A DNA stretch of 64,000 nucleotides from Gammaproteobacteria bacterium. Its GTDB lineage: Bacteria; Pseudomonadota; Gammaproteobacteria; Steroidobacterales; JBCCMA01. A program made the translations under genes and the position numbers. The notes beneath the pieces were generated by a model, which ran no database searches, was not told the DNA's origin, and saw only the letters and a program-made list of their open reading frames with translations. The stretch lies in NCBI GenBank assembly GCA_045107005.1, contig JBGCFP010000032.1:15525-79524 (forward strand), in the 5' to 3' direction. The stretch's first letter is position 1. Each line of letters starts with the position of its first letter. Positions 29,616 to 39,582 of the stretch are shown in pieces.

Positions 29616-31280
29616 ATGAATACCACCGCTACCTCGCGCCGCGATTTCTTGAAATCCACAGCCGGTGTGTCGGCGGTCGGCGCGCTGTCCGGTACCGGTC
29701 TGGTCGCCACGAAAACGGTGGGCGCGCAGTCAATCGGTGATATTGATCCACTTAGTACCGACTCGGCGATTCGCGCGAAGGCGGCAGCGGTCCAGAAAAT
29801 TAGTGCCGCGCAACAGCAGATGCGCGAGACGCTGGCGCTTGAGCCGCAGCGCCGTAACGCCGATGAGCGGCGTTACAAAGGGCAGAATTTTTACGCCAGT
29901 TTTCACAAGTCACTGCCTCAGGATGAGTACGGCGAAGTCAAACCTTCGGCGTTTCGTCAACTAAGACGCGCCCTGCGCAACGGTGACCCAGACGAATTCG
30001 AGCGCATCGACCTGGACGCTGTCGCGGACCGACCGCTCGCCAACCCGCAGGGAGCGCTGTCGTTTCAAGCCGCAGGTCTGGACAGTCACGCGACTCGTAT
30101 GGACCGTGCGCCCGCCTTTGGCAGTGCGCGCACCGCGGCGGAAATGGGCGAAGTGTATTGGCAAGGTCTGACGCGAGACGTCCCGTTCGTCGATTTCGCG
30201 TTTGACGCCCGGATCAACGCCGCAGTGACCGATCTCAACGCGTTCTCGGAGACCGTTGGTCCAACGTCGGGTGGTTTCGTTACGCCCGACACGCTGTTTC
30301 GCGGTGAGTCGATCGGCGACTTGGACGGGCCGTTCATCAGTCAGTTCCTGCTCAAGGATATCCCTTACGGGCCCAGCACCATCGAACAACGTTACGCGGT
30401 GCCGCTGGCCGGGCAGGATTTCATGCTCGACGCTGACAGCTGGTTAGCCGTGCAGCGCGGCGCAATGCCGGCATCCGGTCTGCAGTTCGACCCGGATAAA
30501 CGCTACTTGTACAACAACCGCGCTCTTGGCGAATACGTCCACACTGACGTGTTGTTCCAGGCTTACTTCAACGCGGCATTGATCTTGCTCAAGGAGGGCG
30601 CCGGCGCTTTAGACACGCGCCATCCATACCTCGCGATCGACAACCAGGGCGCGTTTACCAGTTTTGGCGGGCCGTGGTTGCTTCAACTGTTAACCTTCGC
30701 CGCCAATCTGGCGCTGTCCGGCGCGTGGTATCAGAAGTGGCGGGTGCATCGTCGATTGCGCCCTGAAGCGTTTGGGGGGCGAGCACATTTTCTGAAAACG
30801 GCTCAGCGCGAGTACGACATTCACTCGGATATTCTGGACAGCGCCGCGCTCGCGCAAACCTTTTCACGCAACGGCAGCTTTTTCTTGCCGATGGCCTACC
30901 CTGAAGGCTCGCCGTGTCATCCGGCTTACCCGGCCGGTCACGCTACGGTCGCCGGCGCGTGCTGTACCGTGCTCAAGGCTTTCTTTGACGAGGATTACGT
31001 GTTGAGAAATACGGTCCAGGCGGACGCAACCGGTCACTCGCTGATTCCCTATGCCGATGCGCCACTGACGTTGGGCGGTGAAGTGAACAAGTTGGCCAGC
31101 AACATCTCTTTGGGGCGTGACGCGGCTGGCGTACACTACCGATCCGACGGTATTCACGGTCTGGATGTCGGCGAACAGCAGGCGATTTCGTTGTTGCGCG
31201 ACTGTGTGCGCACCTGCAATGAGCCGTTTGAAGGGTTCAAGCTGACCAAATTCGACGGTACGCGCATCACGATTCGATAG
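29616..31280 (+). CDS. Tat-exported vanadium-dependent haloperoxidase (bromoperoxidase-like)
   Basis: SRRDFLK Tat motif; QKWRVHRRLRPE, HPAYPAGHATVAGAC, GRDAAGVHYRSD vanadate motifs; start 29616 or 29577. Confidence 0.9.
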   Translation: MNTTATSRRDFLKSTAGVSAVGALSGTGLVATKTVGAQSIGDIDPLSTDSAIRAKAAAVQKISAAQQQMRETLALEPQRRNADERRYKGQNFYASFHKSLPQDEYGEVKPSAFRQLRRALRNGDPDEFERIDLDAVADRPLANPQGALSFQAAGLDSHATRMDRAPAFGSARTAAEMGEVYWQGLTRDVPFVDFAFDARINAAVTDLNAFSETVGPTSGGFVTPDTLFRGESIGDLDGPFISQFLLKDIPYGPSTIEQRYAVPLAGQDFMLDADSWLAVQRGAMPASGLQFDPDKRYLYNNRALGEYVHTDVLFQAYFNAALILLKEGAGALDTRHPYLAIDNQGAFTSFGGPWLLQLLTFAANLALSGAWYQKWRVHRRLRPEAFGGRAHFLKTAQREYDIHSDILDSAALAQTFSRNGSFFLPMAYPEGSPCHPAYPAGHATVAGACCTVLKAFFDEDYVLRNTVQADATGHSLIPYADAPLTLGGEVNKLASNISLGRDAAGVHYRSDGIHGLDVGEQQAISLLRDCVRTCNEPFEGFKLTKFDGTRITIR

Positions 31281-31302
31281 CGGCATCGGCGCGGGCCAGC
31301 GC

Positions 31303-32565
31303 TCAGTCGGTCGTGTCTTCTTTGGGTTTGCGTAAGCGATCAAACAGTGCCTTGGCACCCTCTTTGAGGGTCTTACCGGTTTCCGTCGCCTCTTCGTTGC
31401 TGACGCCGATCTTCTCCAGCACGCCTTTCGCTGCATCGCCGACGGCCGACCACAGACCGGCTGCGGCGGCAGAAGACGCATACTCGAACTGGTCTTCGTT
31501 AATCACCATCTCGAACGCAAGCGGAAATTCACCGTCGAGTCGATTGATGTAGGCCGTCACGGGTTTAGAGGCCAGGCGCGTAAATGCGCCGCTGCCCGGT
31601 GGCGGATTGACCGCGACGTCGTGGAAATTCAGCTGCCACTTCAGCGCGATGTCGAGCGCGCCGTCTCGCTGCCATTGGTCGTCTACATTGACGTCCACGA
31701 CGCCGTCGCTGAACCACGACAGCGGTCCGCCCGTTAACGCCCCAAGACTGGCGACCGGTACGTTCTGCGCGCGCCATGCCGTCGTACGGCCCTCGGGCAA
31801 TCGTTGTGTCGAAATATCGAACGGCGCGCCCGCGATCGACCCTCGTGCGTTGGACCGAAACAAAATGTCGAACAGCGCCAAGCCTGAGCGCAAGGGCGAG
31901 CTGTGTAACTCATCGACGACGATCTGAATTTCAAACGGGTTATCGTCGGGGTTAGTCCCGGTGATGGTCAGGTTGATATCCGACACGTCAAGCTGCTCAA
32001 TGTCGAATGCGCGTCTGGGTTTGATCTTGTGTTCGTCGGACTCTGGCTCTGATGAGGCAGGTCGGTGTCGTGTCGCCCAACCGTTTACCCCGGCGACGTT
32101 CACCGATTCAATGTCGGTCGTGCCAATGAGCGACAGGAGCGATACATCCACAAACAAGTGGGTAACGGTCAGATCAAACGTTGATGCATCATGCGTGCTG
32201 CGCCGGATGCTGCAGTCGCGCAAATCAATCTTGCCGAAAAACAGAGACCCGTCGATGTCCCGGCAAGCCGTCGAGATGCCGCTGCGATTCTCCACGGTTG
32301 TCAGTACTCGACGTACTGCATCGGAGAAGAAAAACTGGTTGACGATGAAAATCGTTAGGAAAATCAGGACAGCCAATCCCAGCGCAACGACACTGACCGT
32401 GCGCGCGGTCCCGCCGGTCGCCCCTTGATTTTCGCTGCGGCGACGCCCTGAAATCGTCGACCAGATAATGCCGACGACAACGCCAACGGCGTCGATGATC
32501 ACCATTACCAATGGTGCCAGCGCGGCGAAGATTAACTCGCCGATGATGATCGCAATGGCTTCCAC
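31303..32565 (-). CDS. Membrane-anchored hypothetical protein, AsmA-like beta-rich domain
   Basis: N-terminal TM helices then amphipathic beta pattern (IDGSLFFGKIDLRD, VDVSLLSL). Confidence 0.55.
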   Translation of the reverse strand: MEAIAIIIGELIFAALAPLVMVIIDAVGVVVGIIWSTISGRRRSENQGATGGTARTVSVVALGLAVLIFLTIFIVNQFFFSDAVRRVLTTVENRSGISTACRDIDGSLFFGKIDLRDCSIRRSTHDASTFDLTVTHLFVDVSLLSLIGTTDIESVNVAGVNGWATRHRPASSEPESDEHKIKPRRAFDIEQLDVSDINLTITGTNPDDNPFEIQIVVDELHSSPLRSGLALFDILFRSNARGSIAGAPFDISTQRLPEGRTTAWRAQNVPVASLGALTGGPLSWFSDGVVDVNVDDQWQRDGALDIALKWQLNFHDVAVNPPPGSGAFTRLASKPVTAYINRLDGEFPLAFEMVINEDQFEYASSAAAAGLWSAVGDAAKGVLEKIGVSNEEATETGKTLKEGAKALFDRLRKPKEDTTD

Positions 32566-32573
32566 GAGACCGT

Positions 32574-33002
32574 CTAGCCGGAGATGTAGCTTTCCAGTTG
32601 TTCGATCGTGAACTGCTGCTCGGCGATGACCACTTTAACCAGATCGCCCAGTGCCACGACACCGATGACTTTGCGGTCCTCAACCACCGGCATGTGTCGG
32701 AACTTGCCGTTCATCATGATCGCCATGCATTCTTCAACCTGTTGTGACTGGCGCGCGCAGATCACTTTTGAGGTCATGATTTCCTCGACCAGTGTGTTGC
32801 GCGATGAGCGGTCCTTCAAAATAATCTTGCGCGCGTAGTCGCGCTCACTAAAGATGCCGACCAGCTTCTCGTCTTCCAGAACCACCACCGCACCGATCTG
32901 CTTTTCGGCCATCAGCGTGATGGCATCGAACACCGATGTTTTTGGCGCGACGGACCACACGTGTCCACCCTTTTTCTCGAGCAGCGTCTTGATGGATCTC
33001 AT
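32574..33002 (-). CDS. CBS-domain protein
   Basis: LVGIFSERDYARK, FRHMPVV; caggag RBS before ATG 33002. Confidence 0.92.
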   Translation of the reverse strand: MRSIKTLLEKKGGHVWSVAPKTSVFDAITLMAEKQIGAVVVLEDEKLVGIFSERDYARKIILKDRSSRNTLVEEIMTSKVICARQSQQVEECMAIMMNGKFRHMPVVEDRKVIGVVALGDLVKVVIAEQQFTIEQLESYISG

Positions 33003-33122
33003 GGCAATCTCTCCTGATTTCTTGAGGTACGTTCCAGGTTGCGAGTATAGACGCGTCACGCTGGACCGTCACCGGGGCCTCTGCACCTTGTGCAGCACAC
33101 AAACTGCCCCCATCGTAGACAG

Positions 33123-33998
33123 ATGTCTGAAGCCAGCCATATTGTTTTTGCGGCAGCGAGCGCGCAGCAGAGCGCCGAGCGGGCGTTGGTGCTGCGCACG
33201 CAGGGTATCGGCGCCGAATCCGTTTTTCTCGACGGTCGCCACGTTGTTTTGGTGTCAGCGGCGGACAGCGCACGCGCGGCGGCGGAATTAGCGGACTACG
33301 AGCGCGAAAACGCCGAATGGAAGCCGCGACCTGCGCCGTTTCGTCATGAGCGACACGGCGCGTGGCCGGGCGTTGCGGCTTACGTCTTTGTGGTTGTGCT
33401 GCTCGCGTTATTTGGTCCCGCCCAGCCGGGCGGTGAATGGTTTAGCGCGGGTAAAGTGGATGCGGGTCTGGTTCGCGAAGGGCAATGGTGGCGCACGGTC
33501 ACTGCGCTGACGTTGCATGTGGACATCGCGCATCTGTCAGCCAATCTCGTGTTCGGTGGGGTGCTTGGCTATCTCGTCGGGCAGTTTTTCGGCAGCGGTA
33601 TCGCGTGGTTTTCCATCGTGCTCGCCGGCGCACTCGGTAACGCTCTTAACAGCGTGTTGATGGCGCCGACGCACACGTCCGTAGGTGCATCCACGGCAAT
33701 CTTCGCCGCGCTGGGCTTGCTTGCCGCGTATTCCTGGAAGCGCAAATACTATCCGCAGGATCGATGGGCGTATCGACTGGGCCCGATCATTGCGGGCATT
33801 GCGCTGCTGGCCTATACCGGAACCGGTGGTGAGCGAACGGACGTCAGCGCGCACATTACGGGCTTTCTCGCAGGCGGTGGCGCGGGCATCGTGCTGGCGA
33901 TGGTATTCGACCGACTGCGCCGCGACGAATCGGCGCAGTGGGTCTACGGGGGCATCACCATTGGTCTCGTTACGGCGAGCTGGATTTTCGCGCTCTAG
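33123..33998 (+). CDS. Rhomboid-family intramembrane serine protease
   Basis: WWR, HLSAN, GASTA catalytic Ser, AHITG catalytic His. Confidence 0.9.
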   Translation: MSEASHIVFAAASAQQSAERALVLRTQGIGAESVFLDGRHVVLVSAADSARAAAELADYERENAEWKPRPAPFRHERHGAWPGVAAYVFVVVLLALFGPAQPGGEWFSAGKVDAGLVREGQWWRTVTALTLHVDIAHLSANLVFGGVLGYLVGQFFGSGIAWFSIVLAGALGNALNSVLMAPTHTSVGASTAIFAALGLLAAYSWKRKYYPQDRWAYRLGPIIAGIALLAYTGTGGERTDVSAHITGFLAGGGAGIVLAMVFDRLRRDESAQWVYGGITIGLVTASWIFAL

Positions 33999-35467
33999 CG
34001 TCGGGCCAGGATTTTTTCAATCAGAAGGTCGAGCATGGTATCGCCGTCGGTGGGTACGATCGGCGATTCGATGGGCAGGTCGGGCGTCACACCGTCGGAG
34101 CGTCTCTCGCCGGAGGGTCGAACGATATGCGCTTTGGGGAAGCCAACTTTCATACCGGTGCCTGCCAGCGTGAAGGTCTCCATGGCGCCGTAGGTTGTCG
34201 CCATGTCGGCCGTCTTTTCGCCGGCGATCAGCCCCAGCTTGTAGTCCTGAACAATGGCCGCGACGTTGACGCTGTTGGAATAAGAGTGGCGATCGACCAG
34301 CACGTAAACATCGCCGGTGAATCGTTGGTCTTCGCGAGGCGTCACCAGCGGAATATCGAATTCGAAGTTCTCGCCGCGCGGAACCTTCGCGTACTGCTGC
34401 GCAAACTGTCCGGAAACGCCCGCCACTGCGGCCGGGTTATTGTCCAGGCGCTCCTGATTGGAAGCGGCCGCTTCGTCGCTCGAGCGAATGGTAAATGACG
34501 AACAAAAACGGAAAGGCCCACTGGCGATCCACGCGAGCATTGGGTCGCTAAACGAATTGTCGCCGCCGGGATTTTGTCGCAGATCGATAATCAGTTGCCC
34601 TGCTTGCGCTTTGATGAACTGCCCGAATGCCTCATCGATGAACGTGACGAACGCGGCATTGCTCCATATGTTGTTGGGGTCTTCGAAGTGATAGAACGGG
34701 CCGGGACGCAAGTAAGCGATGTTGTCTTCGAGCACGCGGGCAATACGCTCGTTGGACTGCAGGGTGAAGTGCGTGGCTTGCTCGCTGGCGATGGCGCGCT
34801 GCTCTTCGCGTGTCGAGGCGTTGACGTTGACGTCGAGTGTCTTGCCATCGAGATTCCGAATCCGCAGAGCAAACCGTTCCACTTCACCGAGCTCGACCCA
34901 GACGTAACGCGGGAACGTAAACTCGAGCAGCGAATGGGCGATGTAGGGTGTGTCGGCCGACACGTGGGCCGCCGCGCGCTCCAGCCAGCGCGCCATCGGC
35001 AACTCGTCAAGCGCCAGAATCTCGTCGCCGGTGCGCAAGCCCTGATGCCCCGAGTAGTTCTCGCCAACGTAAGCGCGACCGTCGACGATCCGCAGATAGA
35101 TCGGCAGCGTGCGCCCGCCGCGGTCGCGAAACGCGTCGAACGCGTCGTCCGGGAAGGCGATACTGGCGTGGGCGACGTTGCCGTAAGCGACGAATTTCTG
35201 GAAATACACCTGCGCATCGAATGGCGTCATGGGCTTTGACAGTCCGCCAAGCATGTCGTGGAAGCGCGCGTCGTAGTCCGCGCGGTCGCGGTGGACGAAC
35301 AAATCGGCGTGCGCACTTTGCAAGCGTTGATATAACGTCGCAAAATCGGCGCGCAGCGTATCGACCGAAATCGTGGCTGGCGTTGGCGGGGCAGGGCGGT
35401 TGGCCTGGCAAGCGGAAGCAAGCAGCAGCAGACAGCCAATCCACAGGTATGTTGTGATGCGAATCAT
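33995..35467 (-). CDS. S41-family peptidase, lipoprotein
   Basis: LASAC lipobox, IIDLRQNPGG, VYVLVD..SYS, GEKT, GVTPD; ATG 35467 (track 35557). Confidence 0.87.
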   Translation of the reverse strand: MIRITTYLWIGCLLLLASACQANRPAPPTPATISVDTLRADFATLYQRLQSAHADLFVHRDRADYDARFHDMLGGLSKPMTPFDAQVYFQKFVAYGNVAHASIAFPDDAFDAFRDRGGRTLPIYLRIVDGRAYVGENYSGHQGLRTGDEILALDELPMARWLERAAAHVSADTPYIAHSLLEFTFPRYVWVELGEVERFALRIRNLDGKTLDVNVNASTREEQRAIASEQATHFTLQSNERIARVLEDNIAYLRPGPFYHFEDPNNIWSNAAFVTFIDEAFGQFIKAQAGQLIIDLRQNPGGDNSFSDPMLAWIASGPFRFCSSFTIRSSDEAAASNQERLDNNPAAVAGVSGQFAQQYAKVPRGENFEFDIPLVTPREDQRFTGDVYVLVDRHSYSNSVNVAAIVQDYKLGLIAGEKTADMATTYGAMETFTLAGTGMKVGFPKAHIVRPSGERRSDGVTPDLPIESPIVPTDGDTMLDLLIEKILARR

Positions 35468-35548
35468 GCACAGTATCCTGATCGAGTGGGGGGTCTCAAA
35501 GTGAAGCGCATTTGCGCATTGCCGACCATGGCGGCGCGCTCCTTTTGT

Positions 35549-35576
35549 CCTGACCAAACCCTGACATGCGTCTAAG
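35549..35576. promoter_or_regulatory. 11-bp-period direct repeats between the S41 peptidase and its divergent regulator
   Basis: cctgac 35549, cctgac 35560, tctaag 35571. Confidence 0.4.
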
Positions 35577-35601
35577 TATATGTCGTTGAAAGAGAAGTCT
35601 A

Positions 35602-36873
35602 GTGAGCCTGGCTGACGCAGCGGATCCGAAAAAAACCCGTATCGAGCTCGAACAGCCGTTCGAATTGGGCGCCTGGCACGTCGAGCCGCAAACCGGACGG
35701 CTCCGTCGGGCGGACGAAACCGTGTCGCTGGAGCCCAAGCTTATGTCGCTTCTGGTGCTGCTGGCGAGCGAACCGGGACGCGTGTTTTCCCGCGCCGACC
35801 TTGAGCTGCGCCTGTGGGGTGACGTGGTCGTCGGCGAAGATACGGTCGCGCGCACGGTCTCGCGCTTGCGCCGCGCTCTGGGTGATTCCGCACAAGCACC
35901 CTCGTACATCGAAACTTTGGCCAGGCGAGGCTATCGGGTGATTGCCCCGGTTACGCAAAAGCGGAATGCACCGCGCGTCAGCGGCGGCAAGGCCAGGTTT
36001 ATTGCGTTGGCCGCTGTGCTGTGCGGCGTGTTCGCGGTGTTCTATTGGCTCATCGGCGAGCGCACGATCGCGCCATTACCCCTGCCGGCCGATGTATTGA
36101 CCAGCCGGGCGAACGATCAGTACATGCGTTTCACGCGCGCCGACAACGAAGCGGCCATTGCGCTGTATGAGCGTGCGCTAAGTCAGGATCCGGATCACAC
36201 CGGCGCGCAGGCAGGTCTTGCCAACGCGCTGGTACAGCGTGTGATTCGCTGGCCGCATCAGCCGGGCAGCGCAAACGCCGGCGCCAGTTCGTTGGCCGAC
36301 GCGCTGGATCGCGGTCTGACGCAAACGAGCAACGCCCAAAACGTACTCGGTCGCGCATCGTCCATGGCTGAGCGCGCAGTTCGTATTGCGCCGCAAAATG
36401 CGGACGCGCTCAAGGCACTGGCGTTTGCTTACACGGCGCAGGGCAAAACGGACCGTGCCGTGCAGCTGTATCAGCAAGCGATCGATCGTGATCCGGACGC
36501 GTGGGAATCGATGATCAACCTCGGTGAAATCTACCTGATGCAGCAGCGACCGCCGGATGCGATACGCGTGTTCGAACGCGCTTACGCAGCGATGGATCGG
36601 GCCTACGCGACAGAGCCGCAACGCGTCGGTCCCTGGCAAGCGGCGCTGGGCGTCGCCATTGGTCAAAATCACGAAACCGTTGGACAGCTGACCGATGCGG
36701 AAATCTGGTACCGCCGCGTGCTTGATCAAACCCCGCTGCAACCGGATGCGACGGCGCGTCTTGCGCAGTTGTTGCGCGGCGCGGGCGACGTCGAGCAGGC
36801 TGTACGCCTGTGCGAGGCGTTGCGCGCCAAGGTTGGGGTTCGCGACGACTGCCTCGGCGCCGTGGACGATTAG
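35602..36873 (+). CDS. CadC-like regulator: winged helix + TM + TPR
   Basis: LEPKLMSLL...VSRLRRALGD...YIETLARRGYR; TM; TPR helices. Confidence 0.88.
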   Translation: MSLADAADPKKTRIELEQPFELGAWHVEPQTGRLRRADETVSLEPKLMSLLVLLASEPGRVFSRADLELRLWGDVVVGEDTVARTVSRLRRALGDSAQAPSYIETLARRGYRVIAPVTQKRNAPRVSGGKARFIALAAVLCGVFAVFYWLIGERTIAPLPLPADVLTSRANDQYMRFTRADNEAAIALYERALSQDPDHTGAQAGLANALVQRVIRWPHQPGSANAGASSLADALDRGLTQTSNAQNVLGRASSMAERAVRIAPQNADALKALAFAYTAQGKTDRAVQLYQQAIDRDPDAWESMINLGEIYLMQQRPPDAIRVFERAYAAMDRAYATEPQRVGPWQAALGVAIGQNHETVGQLTDAEIWYRRVLDQTPLQPDATARLAQLLRGAGDVEQAVRLCEALRAKVGVRDDCLGAVDD

Positions 36874-36901
36874 CGGTAATAATAAGAACGGAGTCCCCAG
36901 C

Positions 36902-37591
36902 GTGCTCACGCAGATTGATCAAGACATTTGGACGATGGACGGCCCCGACGTGGTCTTTGCCAGCGTCCCGGTGCCAACCCGATCGACCATCGTTCGACTG
37001 GCGTCCGGGGCGCTTTGGGTACATTCGCCGATTGCCCTTGATGCCGAGGTTAAGCGAGCGCTTGAGAAACTGGGCGGCAACGTCGCGGCGATTGTCGCAC
37101 CCAACAAATTTCACTATCTATCCGTGCAGGCTTGGCGGGACGCCTGTCCCGCGGCGAGCGTTTTCGCCGAGCCAGATCTGATGCAAAAAAAACCGGCGCT
37201 GCGCGATGCCATTGCGCTGACTGAGACCGTACCCACGTTGTACGCCGACGACATTGACCAGGTGCGGGTGGCCGGCAATCGCTATTTCAACGAAGTGGTG
37301 TTTTTGCATCGTCAGAGTCGATCGCTGATCGTCACCGATTTGATGATGAATCTGCACACAGACCATCAGGGATATCTGGCCAGACTTCTGCTCCGTTTCG
37401 AAGGCGTTGCGTTCCCGAACGGTGGAGTCTCGCGCTTGTACCGCTGGCTTACTCGCGACAAAGTCGCTGCGCGCGCGGCGGTGGAAACCCTGATTAAGTG
37501 GTCGCCGACGCGCATTTTGCTGTGTCACGGTGAAGCGTTTACCGACGACATTCCGTCGCTACTGCAAAAAGAGTTTTCCTACCTGCGTTGA
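36902..37591 (+). CDS. DUF4336-like protein (metallo-beta-lactamase-like)
   Basis: RSTIVRL...LWVHSP, APNKFH, EVVFLH...LIVTD, LCHG; ggag RBS before GTG 36902. Confidence 0.8.
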   Translation: MLTQIDQDIWTMDGPDVVFASVPVPTRSTIVRLASGALWVHSPIALDAEVKRALEKLGGNVAAIVAPNKFHYLSVQAWRDACPAASVFAEPDLMQKKPALRDAIALTETVPTLYADDIDQVRVAGNRYFNEVVFLHRQSRSLIVTDLMMNLHTDHQGYLARLLLRFEGVAFPNGGVSRLYRWLTRDKVAARAAVETLIKWSPTRILLCHGEAFTDDIPSLLQKEFSYLR

Positions 37592-37686
37592 GGGAGCCCG
37601 AGTCCCGGTGTCGTTATCAAGACACGCGCAAAACGCAACGGCGCCGGGTGCTTCACAATGTCTGCCGATGACGATACGGGCTTAGT

Positions 37687-39426
37687 CTAGCGCCCGTAAA
37701 TCACTTTTCCATCCACAATGGTCAGAGAAATCTCGCCGTCAAGCAGGTCACCGATTGACGCCGGAGCTAGCGCAAACGGATCGATGTCCATGACGGTCAG
37801 ATCCGCCCACTTGCCAACCGCGATGGTGCCGGTTTGAGTTTCGCGGAAACCGGCGAACGCGGACCACGACGTATAGGCGCGGATCGCCTCTTCCATCGTG
37901 ACGCCTTCATCGGGGTACCACCCGGAAACCGGCTGGCCGGTCTTGTCACGTCGCGCAACGGCGCTGTGCAAGCCGTAAAAAATGCGATGATCCGAGCCGG
38001 GATTGTCCGCGTTGAACGTGATGCTGGCACCGGATTCGCGCAGCGAGCGCCACGCGTAGGCACCTTTGATTCGCGACGGACCCAGGCGATCTTCTGCCCA
38101 GGTTTTGTCTTCCATGGCGTGCGGCGGTTCCATCGACGCGATCACGTCGAGCGCGGCGAGCCTCGGCAGATCATCAGGATGTAAAACCTGCGCGTGTTCG
38201 ATGCGATGGCGACCGGCGCGAAGGGCAGGGTTCGCGGTAACGACGCCTTCAAAAAAATCCAGCACTTCGCGATTGCCGGCATCGCCGATCGCGTGCACAC
38301 CCACTTGGAAGCCCGCCCGCATCGCTTCTGCGACGAGGGCCTCATCAAACCCGTATTCGTCGCCACTGACGCCGCGGTGCCCCGGCAGATCGCTATAGTC
38401 CTCAAGCAAACGAGCGCCGCGGGATCCGAGCGCGCCGTCGTAGTAGGCCTTCACCGAACGAGTGACCAGAAAACCGTTCGGGTCCGTGTCGGGTCCGCGC
38501 TCGATCCAACGTCGCATCAGCGCTTCGTCGCGCGCAGACAGCATCGCAAAGACTCGAATGGGCAGCGCGTTGGCCGCCGCCAGCTCAGCCAGCGCTTGCA
38601 TGTGCGCCGACGACAGCCCGGCGTCGTGCACCGTTACGTATCCGTCGCGCGCCATTTGCGTCAGGCCGTTCATTGCGTAGCGCTTGAGTTGTGCAAGCGT
38701 TGCCGCGGGAATGGCGGCTTCGATCAGGTCGACGCCATTGTTCAGAAACAAGCCGTTCGGTTGTCCGTCTTCGCCCAGCCGCATTTCGCCGCCGGAAGGT
38801 ACAGGAGTGTCAGCACTGATGCCGGCCACATCGAGCGCGTTTTGATTCGCCCAGCCGGCGAAACTGTGCAGACTGGCCATAAAGACGGGGTGATCAGGCA
38901 CCGCGGCACTCAACTTGTCCTTATCCGGATAGCGATCGGCCCATGCGCCTTCATCCCAGCCGTCGCCGATAATCCATTCGCCCTTTGGCGTAGTGCGCGC
39001 GCGTTGCACGACCTGGGCAATCGCTTCGTCTTCGGTGTCGATGCCGCGCAGCTGCACACGTTCCAGCGACGCGCCGAGCTCGAAAAAGTGCGTGTGGGTA
39101 TCAACGAGGCCGGGCAGAACGGTCGCGCCGTTGAGATCAATCGTGCGCGCGGCATTGGCATAGCGTGCGCTCGCCTCGGCGTCTGCGCCGACAAACTCAA
39201 TGTGACCGTCTCGGATCGCAATGGCGGTGGCGTCCGGCGTCCATTGCCCGTTGACAACTGGCGCGCGAGCGGACGCTTGACCAGCCAGTGAGGGATCGGG
39301 CCAGTCCAGCGTGTACACCCGCGCGTTGAGCAACAGCAGGTCCGGTGCAGGCGATGGCGGCGCGGGCGCGCAACCGATAAGACACGCGAAAAAAAAGAGC
39401 GGCGAAATGCGAAACGAAGTGGGCAT
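37687..39426 (-). CDS. YtcJ-like amidohydrolase, lipoprotein
   Basis: LIGC lipobox, PGLVDTHTH, KAYYDGALGSRGA, HAIGD, RIEHAQ, GKWAD; ATG 39426 (track 39582). Confidence 0.9.
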   Translation of the reverse strand: MPTSFRISPLFFFACLIGCAPAPPSPAPDLLLLNARVYTLDWPDPSLAGQASARAPVVNGQWTPDATAIAIRDGHIEFVGADAEASARYANAARTIDLNGATVLPGLVDTHTHFFELGASLERVQLRGIDTEDEAIAQVVQRARTTPKGEWIIGDGWDEGAWADRYPDKDKLSAAVPDHPVFMASLHSFAGWANQNALDVAGISADTPVPSGGEMRLGEDGQPNGLFLNNGVDLIEAAIPAATLAQLKRYAMNGLTQMARDGYVTVHDAGLSSAHMQALAELAAANALPIRVFAMLSARDEALMRRWIERGPDTDPNGFLVTRSVKAYYDGALGSRGARLLEDYSDLPGHRGVSGDEYGFDEALVAEAMRAGFQVGVHAIGDAGNREVLDFFEGVVTANPALRAGRHRIEHAQVLHPDDLPRLAALDVIASMEPPHAMEDKTWAEDRLGPSRIKGAYAWRSLRESGASITFNADNPGSDHRIFYGLHSAVARRDKTGQPVSGWYPDEGVTMEEAIRAYTSWSAFAGFRETQTGTIAVGKWADLTVMDIDPFALAPASIGDLLDGEISLTIVDGKVIYGR

Positions 39427-39582
39427 ACTGTGAACTCGGCGTCGACCTGCGGTGCACTGACCATAGCGCGGGCTTTGAACAGGCCGCAACTGACACCGGG
39501 AGCTGCGAACGAGGTAGCCGGTTGTGATGTGTGTCGCAGACGTTGAGAAAAGCGCCCGGATTACCCTCCGGGCGCGCTTCAC

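Noticed and set aside
2652-31280. Single halogenated natural-product cluster joining halogenases and haloperoxidase
   Set aside because: About 24 kb of unrelated genes between them and no NRPS, PKS, RiPP precursor or prenyltransferase seen
37604-37648. Imperfect inverted repeat between convergent genes
   Set aside because: Large loop, G-U dependent, no U-tract
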